Below, piece by piece: positions 36,307-44,684 of a stretch of 64,000 bases of DNA; position 1 is the stretch's first letter, and each line of letters opens with the position of its first letter. Made by a program: the position numbers and the translations under genes. The stretch is taken from positions 30,304 to 94,303 of IMG/VR virus record IMGVR_UViG_3300031994_000047. One strand, given 5' to 3'. This stretch comes from a virus. Its lineage: Duplodnaviria > Caudoviricetes. Under the pieces are notes generated by a model. The model was not told where the DNA came from. It did no database searches and saw nothing but the letters and a program-made list of their open reading frames with translations.

Positions 36307-36476
36307 TAGGGCGCGTCTTGCGCCTTTTCTTTGTTAGACCTTAAAGGTCTAACTCCCGGGCGCAATTTATGAACAAATTGTAAACTCGAAAATTTTTTTT
36401 GATTTCCTCTTGACAAATCCGCGCGCGTGGTGTATAATATACTCGTAAAGAACAAAAGACGAAAGGAACAAAAAAA

Positions 36477-36953
36477 ATGAACACTTTACTTCTCTTTATC
36501 ATTTTGAACGCGGTCAATGTCCTTGTGCAGACCATCAAGTCAATTTGCACCGTCAAAAGCGGTAAGACTGTCGCCGCCCTCGTGAACGCCGTCGCCTATG
36601 GTATATATACGGTTGTTCTGGTCTATATGACCTGCGAGCTCCCTCTCTGGGAGAAGGTGGTAATCGTCGGCGGGTGTAACCTCGTCTGTGTCTGGATTGT
36701 GAAATTTCTGGAAGAAAAGATGGCGAAGGACAAGCTCTGGAAGATATCCGCGACAATCTCCCAAAAGATGGAGCAGATGGCAACTGACCTCTTGAATGAA
36801 AAGAAACTCTCCTTCTCGCTTCTCGATATTGAAAACGGCGATTACAAGCGGTTTGAAATCTACTCCGCAACGCAAGCCGAAAGTATGGAAGCGAAGAAGA
36901 TTCTTGAGGCGGTCGGCGCGAAGTATTTCGTGAGCGAAAGCAAGACACTTTAA
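36477..36953 (+). CDS. Membrane protein, UPF0316/DUF5698-like, 158 aa
   Basis: Three N-terminal TM segments (NVLVQTIKSICTVK..AALVNAVAYG) plus a small soluble C-terminal domain. Confidence 0.55.
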   Translation: MNTLLLFIILNAVNVLVQTIKSICTVKSGKTVAALVNAVAYGIYTVVLVYMTCELPLWEKVVIVGGCNLVCVWIVKFLEEKMAKDKLWKISATISQKMEQMATDLLNEKKLSFSLLDIENGDYKRFEIYSATQAESMEAKKILEAVGAKYFVSESKTL

Positions 36954-37170
36954 GACGATGAGGGCGCGCAAGCGTCCTCCTCCTTCTTCCGCGCGGTTAG
37001 TTGCGACTAACTCCGCGTACCCGGGCGAATTAGACCTTTTAGGTCTAATAAGTCCGAAATATGAATAATTTGTAAACAATTAAAATAAGTCTTGACTTTT
37101 AGAGAAAATCGTGTTATAATATACTCGTAGAAAGGACAAGGAAAGTCCAAAAAACCAGAAAGAGAACGAT

Positions 37171-37443
37171 ATGAATTATATCAAGGATTGTCCCGTCGTC
37201 AAGTTGTATGTAAACGATATCGCGCAGATTGTTGACGATTCGTGGGTTGATATCTACGAATGGTCAGAAGAAAAGGGCGAAATCGTTTGTATCTACAAGG
37301 ACGAACCAGGCGCGCCCAATGCTTCAGATGATATTCTGAGAAGAGAAATCGATGTTATCTATCCCGAAGACGGAGAAGACCGTGATGGCGATGGATATAC
37401 CGAAAGAGTTCTTTCAATTATGTTGAAGGATGCGCAGATTTAA
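37171..37443 (+). CDS. Acidic hypothetical protein, 90 aa
   Basis: Track ORF, promoter. Confidence 0.75.
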   Translation: MNYIKDCPVVKLYVNDIAQIVDDSWVDIYEWSEEKGEIVCIYKDEPGAPNASDDILRREIDVIYPEDGEDRDGDGYTERVLSIMLKDAQI

Positions 37444-37650
37444 TCTGCGCTTCCCTCTCCGCGCGAGTTAGTCACAACTAACTGCGCGAGTATATTAGAC
37501 CTTTTAGGTCTAATACTATACCCGGGCAAATTATGAACATTTTGTAAACACTCAAAATCTTTTCAAAAACTATTGACACCGCGCGCAAAGTATGATATAA
37601 TATAGACACTAAAGGAGACGGACACTCCAAAAAACCAGAAAGAAAAACTT

Positions 37651-37875
37651 ATGTCCAAAGAGAAGTTTGTCATCAAAGTTGCGCTTAAAAATGGCACAAT
37701 TATGAAGGGACCAGATCGTTATGCTCGTGATGCCGCCATAGTAATTATCGAAAAAATTTTTGAGGAATTTACAAAAGATACCCCAGAAACCGAAAAAGGT
37801 GAACGATATTTCAGAGGTATGGGAACATTTTTCCCTGTTGAGCAACTCTCAGGGATATGGTTTGAAAAAGAATAA
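37651..37875 (+). CDS. Hypothetical protein, 74 aa
   Basis: Track ORF, promoter. Confidence 0.7.
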   Translation: MSKEKFVIKVALKNGTIMKGPDRYARDAAIVIIEKIFEEFTKDTPETEKGERYFRGMGTFFPVEQLSGIWFEKE

Positions 37876-37890
37876 AAGGAGAAAAAACTT

Positions 37891-38115
37891 ATGCTGACCG
37901 AAAAAACTATTAAATTCACACTTGACGATTGCGAGCGCGCCTCAATTAGTCGTTCACTTTCCGTATTGAGCGAAATATGCGATAATATGGATTCTGAAGA
38001 TAACGTTGTTATCAATCACGAGGTATATGATAAGGACTTCGTAGAAAATACAAAACTTCTTTTGTCTGAACTTTGGGCGATTGGTAGAGACCCGTTCTTT
38101 ATAACAAGAGACTAA
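37891..38115 (+). CDS. Hypothetical protein, 74 aa
   Basis: AAGGAG RBS; terminator follows. Confidence 0.7.
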   Translation: MLTEKTIKFTLDDCERASISRSLSVLSEICDNMDSEDNVVINHEVYDKDFVENTKLLLSELWAIGRDPFFITRD

Positions 38116-38272
38116 AAGAGACTTCGGTCTCTTTTTCTTTTATTAGACCTTAATGGTCTAATTTAATGCCCGGGCGCATTTATGAACAATTTATGAATTT
38201 TCAAAATAAAACTTGACAAATTTAAAAATTTGTGTTATAATATTTATAGAAAAAAAGAAAGGAAAAGAAAAA

Positions 38273-38545
38273 ATGAAGGTTGTTGTTATCTATGAAAATA
38301 ATCACGGTATGATTGGAATTGCAAATAATTACTACAATGCAATTCGTCTCCTTTTAGAGGAACAATGGATTACTTATGAAACTACCATATATAATAGAAA
38401 AACTTCTCATTGGGACTTTATTGAAGAATATTTAGGCGAAAATTGGGAAGAGGATTTACTGAACGAATGCGACCTTGATACTTTTAATGAAATTTTTGAA
38501 GATTGGTTAGAATTGTCTCTAATAGAAGTTTATGGCACAGATTAA
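38273..38545 (+). CDS. Acidic hypothetical protein, 90 aa
   Basis: AAAGGA RBS before ATG 38273. Confidence 0.7.
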   Translation: MKVVVIYENNHGMIGIANNYYNAIRLLLEEQWITYETTIYNRKTSHWDFIEEYLGENWEEDLLNECDLDTFNEIFEDWLELSLIEVYGTD

Positions 38546-38736
38546 GTGCCTTTTCCTCATTAGACCTTATAGGTCTAACTTCCCGGGCGCCGGACTTTAC
38601 CACACTAAAGTGATACCACACTAAAGCGATAAAGTGCGCGCAAAATTTTTTTTATTTTTTTTGAAAAACCCCTTGACAAATCCATTTTTATGGTGTATAA
38701 TATACTCGTAAGATAAAGAAAGGATGTGGTGCTTAT

Positions 38737-39114
38737 ATGGCAACCAACGAAAACAAACTGAAGAGCGCTCTCCGCGCGAACTGCCTCAAAATCTGTCTTG
38801 AGGCACTCATCGCCGCAGGTGAGGATGTCCGAATCGTCGGCTCAGGGTCTATCGCTTATCCCTGTGTCGATACCGAAGGGAATGAAAGATGGTGTGAAGT
38901 CACCGCAAAAATCCCGACGGGCTCTCGCGATGGTGAACCCTATGATGGGTACGCTCTCGAAGCCGACTACAAGTTGAAGCTTGAGAACGATGCGGCAAAA
39001 GCCGCCGCCAATGCCGCCAAGAAAGAGGCAAAGATTGCCAAGGACAAGGCAGCGCGTGAGGCGAAGGCGAAGGCAAAAGCCGAACGCGAAGCGAAGAAGA
39101 AGGAGGCGGAGTAA
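38737..39114 (+). CDS. Hypothetical protein with an Ala/Lys-rich helical tail, 125 aa
   Basis: Track ORF, promoter, terminator. Confidence 0.8.
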   Translation: MATNENKLKSALRANCLKICLEALIAAGEDVRIVGSGSIAYPCVDTEGNERWCEVTAKIPTGSRDGEPYDGYALEADYKLKLENDAAKAAANAAKKEAKIAKDKAAREAKAKAKAEREAKKKEAE

Positions 39115-39314
39115 TCCGCCCCTTTTCCTTTTCCTGGAAGTTAGTCATGACTAACTGCCCGGGACGAATTAGACCTTATAGGTCTAACAACCGGGCGGGC
39201 GCAATTGTGAACAAATTGTAAACTTGAAAAATTTTCAAAAACCCCTTGACAATCTCCTCCCCTTGTGCTATAATATACACAGAACGAAAGAGAACAAGAA
39301 AGGAACTCAACCGA

Positions 39315-39977
39315 ATGGACAAGCGCAAACACTACTACCTCACAATCGACACGGAGACCGCGAACTCCCTTGATGACCCGATGATGTATGACCTCGGCGG
39401 GGCTGTTCACGACAAGCAGGGCAATGTCGTCGAAACTTTCAGCTTCATCATTTATGAAGTCTTCTGCCTGGACCGCGCCCTCTTTGATACTGCGTACTAT
39501 GCCGAAAAGCGCCCCCTCTACGAGGAAGCCCTCGCGCGCAACGAACGCCGCATCGTCTCAATCTACACCGCGCGCAACTACCTGCGCGAACTCTGCGAGA
39601 AGTACAACATAAAGGCGATAATCGCCCACAATGCGCGGTTTGACTACTCCGCAACCACCAAAACCCTCCGCTATCTCACAAAGTCGCGCGCTCGCTACTT
39701 CCTCCCCTATGGGATTCCCGTCTGGGACACTCTCAAGATGGCGCAGGATACAATTTGCAAGCAAAAAACCTACATTTCCTGGGCGCGCGAGAATGGGTAC
39801 ACGATGAAGAACGGAAGACCGCGCGCAACTGCCGAAATCCTCTACCGATACATTAGCGGCACGGAAGATTTTGAGGAGTCCCACACTGGGCTTGAAGATG
39901 TGCTAATCGAAAAAGAGATTTTCGCGCACTGTATGCGGCAACATAAAAAGATGAGGAAAAATTTATGGGAGAGTTAA
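39315..39977 (+). CDS. DEDDh 3'-5' exonuclease, 220 aa
   Basis: IDTET (ExoI), AHNARFD (ExoII), HTGLEDV (ExoIII). Confidence 0.85.
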   Translation: MDKRKHYYLTIDTETANSLDDPMMYDLGGAVHDKQGNVVETFSFIIYEVFCLDRALFDTAYYAEKRPLYEEALARNERRIVSIYTARNYLRELCEKYNIKAIIAHNARFDYSATTKTLRYLTKSRARYFLPYGIPVWDTLKMAQDTICKQKTYISWARENGYTMKNGRPRATAEILYRYISGTEDFEESHTGLEDVLIEKEIFAHCMRQHKKMRKNLWES

Positions 39978-40039
39978 GACTCTCCCAATTTTTTCCATCT
40001 CAATTCCCGGAATTAGACCTTATAGGTCTAGTTTTGCCC

Positions 40040-41500
40040 GGGCACAAATTTTTATCAAAGTCAAGTCTTTTATGTAACAAAATTTTAGATTTTGTGTAAC
40101 GAAATTTTGAACGAATTCACGGCACCAGAATTGCCAATTTTTGGCAATTCCCACGACTGCGTCAAAATTGCCAATTTTTACCAATGAGTGCCGTGTCAAA
40201 TTTTATCGGCGAAAAAATTTACCATTTTTTGGCAGCTGCAAGAGCTGCGAAAGCTACAGCTGCGTCGTGTCAAATTTTAGGAGCTACGACACAGCTGCAC
40301 AGAGCGCGCCGAAATTTTTAGGGGTTTTAAAATTTGACAGCTGCGTCAAATTCTGAGAGCTACGAAAGTTCCAGGAGCTACGAATTTTTAGAGCTACAAA
40401 AATTTGATAAGGAGTTGAAAGGAATTTTTGCTAGGCACATAATACTAGCAATATATTTCTAGCAATATAATTCTAGTAATATAATACTAGCAAAGCCTTG
40501 CTAGCCTAGCTCTGCTAACTTTTTCCTCTTCTTTCTCTCTTTTATTTCTTTCTAATTTTTTCTTTTATTTTTTCTTTAAATTTTTCTAATTTTTTTCTAA
40601 ATTTTTCTTTTTTTAATTTTAAAATCTTTACAAATTTGAAGTTTTTATTCTCTTTAATCTTAAAATTTCACATTATTTTTAAGGGACCCTCTGTCGTTAC
40701 ATCGGGTCCTATATCGAGCAGAAGTTCTCTACTGGCTTCTCTGAGCTAGCTCCTTTTCACCCAAATTTTTTCTCTCTTCCCTTCTCCTATTCTTTTCCTA
40801 TTTTCTCTTCTCACATAAACCCAAAAGCCCCTAAACTCTCAAATCTTCTATCTCCTCTTACGATCTCTTTTCGCGCGAACCCCATTTTCCCTCTCACTAC
40901 ACCTTCTTCCAATTTAATTCCTCTTAATCTTCTCCCCTTTCTCCCCTTCAATTTCTACCCCTTCTTCTCTTTTTTCCCTATACGCTACGAATTTCAATTT
41001 CTTTTTCCACCTCTACGCTACGAGTTTGCTTCGCAAACCCGTAGCTTAGCCACGCCATAAGTTCGCTTCGCGAACAGATGGCTAAGGGCGCACGAGTTTT
41101 GGCTCCGCCAAAACCCGCGCTATAGCCATCACTTCTTCTTCTCTTTCATTTTGTCTTTTAACGCGCCCAAGTTTTTGCTTCGCAAAAACCCGGTCGCTAA
41201 CCGATAAAGAAAAAAGAAAGGGTTTTAACCCTTTCCTCTATTATATATTATATTATATTTCTTGCTTACATCAAAATGTAAACTTTTGCTCACATTCTTC
41301 TAAAATTTTGGTGCATCTAATCTTTTGGAAAATTTTGAGCTTTCTTTTTCCCAATTTTTTTGACACAACTGCGCCCAAGGCATAAATTCCTTTGATGTAA
41401 TCCCAAAAACTCATAAAATTTCTAGAAAATTCTGGATTACATCCGCGCGCGAAGCATAAAATCCTTTGATGTAATCCCACAATTCTTAAAATCTATGAAG
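40040..41500. repeat. Non-coding convergence region with short direct repeats, an AT-rich tract and four hairpins (origin candidate)
   Basis: GCTACGA, TGCCAATTTTT, GTCAAATT, CTAGCAATA and CCTTTGATGTAATCCCA repeats; T-rich 40520-40680; GCTTCGC/GCTCCGC hairpins 41015-41200. Confidence 0.6.
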
Positions 41501-41566
41501 GCGCGCACATTTCTAGCCCACATAACCGAAAAGAGATAAGACCATTTAGATCTTATCTCTCTTATC

Positions 41567-41923
41567 TTACTCATACTTCAAATTCTTCAAATTTTTCGCG
41601 CCGTATTCTTGGAATTTTTCACGGACTCGCGCATTTTGTGTAGACACGACAATCGGAACTTCCCACAAACTCGGCAATTTCTCATTTATAAAACAGAAAG
41701 CATTAAATCCAGTTGCATCAAGTCTTATTCTTTTGATCGTAAGGCGCGCGCCTTCATAAAATTCTTGCATCTCTATGAAATGCTTCAAAAAGAGGCTTAA
41801 GTTTGTCCCATTTTTGAAGATCAAAGCTTCGCGCGGAGCATCTGCGCCGCACCAAAGCTCTAATGCGCGCCCTGCTTTAAATCCATTCCGAAAGGCAACC
41901 TCACTTGCTCTGTAAGCATCCAC
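41567..41923 (-). CDS. Hypothetical protein, 118 aa
   Basis: Track ORF followed by a hairpin at about 41532-41565. Confidence 0.6.
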   Translation of the reverse strand: MDAYRASEVAFRNGFKAGRALELWCGADAPREALIFKNGTNLSLFLKHFIEMQEFYEGARLTIKRIRLDATGFNAFCFINEKLPSLWEVPIVVSTQNARVREKFQEYGAKNLKNLKYE

Positions 41924-42383
41924 TTAACTTTTCCTCCATTTCCTTAGCTTTTTCAGGATTTTTTCTTATCCAGTCGATTGCCCACTCAGTAGCAACCCAT
42001 TCACTTCCCATATCAAAATACTGGTCTATCATAAGATCCGAACTCGCGTCAAACATAAATCTTATTCTCAGACTATTCTCTTCTTCGAGTATATCTTCGG
42101 GAGTCTCTTCATAATACTCATCAAGAGTATAAAAATGTCCAATCTCGTGTAAAAGAGTCATCAGAGCAATAGACCAGTTCTCCTCGAACTTATGCGCCGC
42201 GCGCAAATGTCTCATAAAATCAGCGCTTTCATCTTCAGAATCGAAATCGCCGCCAATAGTAAGGATAGAAGTCGCCGCATTATATGCAGTATCATCTTCC
42301 AGATCCACTTCAACTTCAAGTTCTCCATCGGTAATCTCGTCCACAATCTCTCCAATGACCGCGCGCATAAGTTCAGTATTCAT
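41901..42383 (-). CDS. Zn-metallopeptidase-like protein, 160 aa
   Basis: LLHEIGH (HExxH) plus downstream EWVATEWA. Confidence 0.65.
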   Translation of the reverse strand: MNTELMRAVIGEIVDEITDGELEVEVDLEDDTAYNAATSILTIGGDFDSEDESADFMRHLRAAHKFEENWSIALMTLLHEIGHFYTLDEYYEETPEDILEEENSLRIRFMFDASSDLMIDQYFDMGSEWVATEWAIDWIRKNPEKAKEMEEKLSGCLQSK

Positions 42384-42400
42384 AAGTTTCTTCCTTTCGT

Positions 42401-42628
42401 TTAGTCGTCTATATCAGATTCCAATACACCTTTTAACTCATCTAAGGTCACGATATCCTCAAAAGCCAACTGATGCAATTCACACTCTGCGGCGCTCGCT
42501 TCTCCATAAGTTTCCAGGACTCTTTCTAGCGCCGCTCCAAAGCAATCTCCAACCGTCAATCCCGCCTTTTCTTCCTGGCACTCGATAATGTCATTATAAT
42601 ACTTAATTCGATACAGATAAAAGTTCAT
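42401..42628 (-). CDS. Hypothetical protein, 75 aa
   Basis: Promoter and RBS upstream. Confidence 0.7.
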   Translation of the reverse strand: MNFYLYRIKYYNDIIECQEEKAGLTVGDCFGAALERVLETYGEASAAECELHQLAFEDIVTLDELKGVLESDIDD

Positions 42629-42748
42629 TTAGTTTTCTCTCCTCTTCCTTTCTTTCTATATATATTATAGCATAAATTTCTGGAAAATTCAAATTTAAAA
42701 GCCGAAAGGAGAAGACTCGAAAGCCTTCTCCTTCCCATAATGCGCGCC

Positions 42749-43159
42749 TTACTGCGCGAGACCGTAACCAATGTGCTTGCCCTTGCCCTTAACCTTGACA
42801 TCGCCCTTTACGACAGTACCGTCGGCAACAAGAGACTTCAGAAGGGAAGGAACCGCCTGAGGCTTAATCTCCAGACCCGCCTCGGCAATCAGAGTGGAAG
42901 CAGTCTTGAACTCAGTAGCGCTCATAGCGCCAACCAGAGCCTCTCTGATAGGAGCCTTCTCGGCATCCTTCTCAGCCGCCTTCTCCGCAACCTTAGCGGC
43001 GCGAGCAGCATTGGTCTTGTCCAGACCCTCAATCAGACCCTTCAGAGCCTCGGTCAGATCAGCCACATTCACAGTCTCCTCACCGACCTTAACCTCGGTC
43101 TCCACATCCTTGAGCATAGCAATCGCAGTCTCGTAAATCTCTCTCTTAGTAAGCTTCAT
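42749..43159 (-). CDS. Coiled-coil plus winged-helix DNA-binding-like protein, 136 aa
   Basis: KTASTLI..IKPQAVPSLLKSLV..VKVKGKGKHIGY; strongly biased codons; terminator at 42706-42734. Confidence 0.7.
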   Translation of the reverse strand: MKLTKREIYETAIAMLKDVETEVKVGEETVNVADLTEALKGLIEGLDKTNAARAAKVAEKAAEKDAEKAPIREALVGAMSATEFKTASTLIAEAGLEIKPQAVPSLLKSLVADGTVVKGDVKVKGKGKHIGYGLAQ

Positions 43160-43169
43160 AGTGTTTCTC

Positions 43170-43535
43170 CATTTCTTGCGTAGGTCGCAACCCTAAATTA
43201 GTTTTGTTTTATTCCAAAGCGAAGATTACTTTCTCCGCGCTTTGTCCAATTTGTAGGCGGCATTGTCCCAACCACCGGAAGGCTTTGCTCTTTTGGTCGA
43301 AGCCGGTTCTTGCCTACTTAGCGCGAGGTCGAATGGACACCCGCGTTATACTGAGCTTTCGGACTTGCTTACGCCTTGTTGGCGCGTGGTCCTTGTTGAC
43401 CATCTCTCTACGAATGGCGGTGCTCTTCAACCGAATTACGAACCTCAGCGCGTCTCGGTCTTATTGGAGGTTGTTTCCAGTGTGATTTGAGTAGAACTCG
43501 GTTCACACTCCGCGCACTTTCTATCTCTCTTACTT
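43170..43535 (-). ncRNA. Long structured leader or ncRNA (about 365 nt) upstream of the wHTH gene
   Basis: Promoter at about 43540-43575, GC-rich hairpins, no RBS-led ORF. Confidence 0.4.
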
Positions 43536-43584
43536 TCTATATATATTATAACAGAAATTTCAGAGATTTTCAAATTTTTTAGTT

Positions 43585-43960
43585 TATAAACCGAAGATTG
43601 ATTCTTCGTTTGTTGGCGTAGAAGAGGAATCAGACGCATCTAATTCCTCTGGGCTTAGTCCGCAGACATAAGCCGCGATTCGAAATTGACAGTCTCGGCA
43701 TTACAACCCAACCTAGATGGACTTTGTAAACTTCACTCCTGCTGTCACAGCGCAATCACCACTTGCGATTTTTAATCTCTGCGTTTAAAGAGAGGTGGCA
43801 TCTTCTTTTTTCCTTTGTAGGTGCGTAAAGAGTTCAGAAACGCGGCGCCTTTGCGTTAGCCGAAGCTTTTTGGAGGCGTAATTTGTTGATGGGCGACTCA
43901 CATAGGCAAAAGCCCAACGCGCTATGCAACGCATTTTTTCGTACTTTCTCTTCCGATCTT
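43585..43960 (-). ncRNA. Candidate ncRNA of about 375 nt
   Basis: Own promoter at about 43965-44000, multiple hairpins, no credible ORF. Confidence 0.4.
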
Positions 43961-44129
43961 TCTATATATATTATAGCAGAAATTTCGGAGTTTTTCAAAT
44001 TTTCAGTCTGTCTTTTTTGTAGAAGGTCGAGCACGATTTCAAGACCTTAGGGACGGCGTTCACTCTGTTTGATTCCCTTTCCTTACCTTCTATATATATT
44101 ATAGCAGAAAATCTAAAAACTTTCAAATT

Positions 44130-44369
44130 TTAATCTCCAATTATTTCATTGGAGATATCCACCCATATAGGAAAGATCTCAATATCCGAAATCCCTTCAT
44201 CTTCAAAATCAGTTGTCTCAAAGACACCTCCGCAACAGCCACAAATCAGATACTTCTCAAAGCCAATGCCGCCGAGACGATTACCCTCGTCATCTGTAAA
44301 CCGAACTTGCATCGGTCTAATAAAGTAGCGAATAATTCCCTTTTCATCTCTTATGACATTCTGTTCCAT
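44130..44369 (-). CDS. Hypothetical protein, 79 aa (ICGCCG)
   Basis: Promoter, RBS; resembles 59208..59447 (PxQVRF...GIxF..Y). Confidence 0.7.
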   Translation of the reverse strand: MEQNVIRDEKGIIRYFIRPMQVRFTDDEGNRLGGIGFEKYLICGCCGGVFETTDFEDEGISDIEIFPIWVDISNEIIGD

Positions 44370-44446
44370 TTCGATTCCTTTCTGCGGCGGACCGCTCTCT
44401 CACTTTCTATATATATTATAGCATAAAATCTTTTGAATTTCAAATT

Positions 44447-44617
44447 TTAAGGCTCCAGTTTCCAGAACCAGCCAAACGACCTATAGGCTTCTGCCTCGCC
44501 CGCAGTCATTCGCGCGGCTTCTGTCACATCAAAAGACCACTTTGCACCATCAGGCGCAATAGAAACGAGGTACTTTGATCTACCCTTCTCTACTATATAC
44601 ACAACATACTTTCTCAT
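44447..44617 (-). CDS. Small protein, 56 aa
   Basis: Promoter, GAGGT RBS, MRKYVVYIVEKG... Confidence 0.6.
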   Translation of the reverse strand: MRKYVVYIVEKGRSKYLVSIAPDGAKWSFDVTEAARMTAGEAEAYRSFGWFWKLEP

Positions 44618-44684
44618 AAACGCTACCTCTTTTCTTTCTTTCTATATATATTATAGCAGAAATTTCGGAGTTTTTCAAATTTTC

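Larger units (their letters stand above)
29603..39275 (+). promoter_or_regulatory. Array of about 21 strong sigma70 early promoters (TTGACA/T-17-TATAAT, often TG extended -10, then ATACTCGTAA)
   Basis: -35 boxes at about 29603, 30477, 30709, 31086, 31216, 31770, 32202, 32658, 32982, 33399, 33945, 34417, 34564, 35252, 35849, 36410, 37092, 37573, 38213, 38673, 39246. Confidence 0.9.

Noticed and set aside
30955-40045. CRISPR array or integron attC array
   Set aside because: Repeats are 7-19 bp, separated by whole genes with their own promoters; no constant spacer length, no RYYYAAC/GTTRRRY attC structure, and no cas or integrase gene in the window.
43585-43960. RNase P RNA (AAAGTCC...CGGCTTA)
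   Set aside because: P4 pairing is incomplete, the spacing is too short and other conserved regions are absent.
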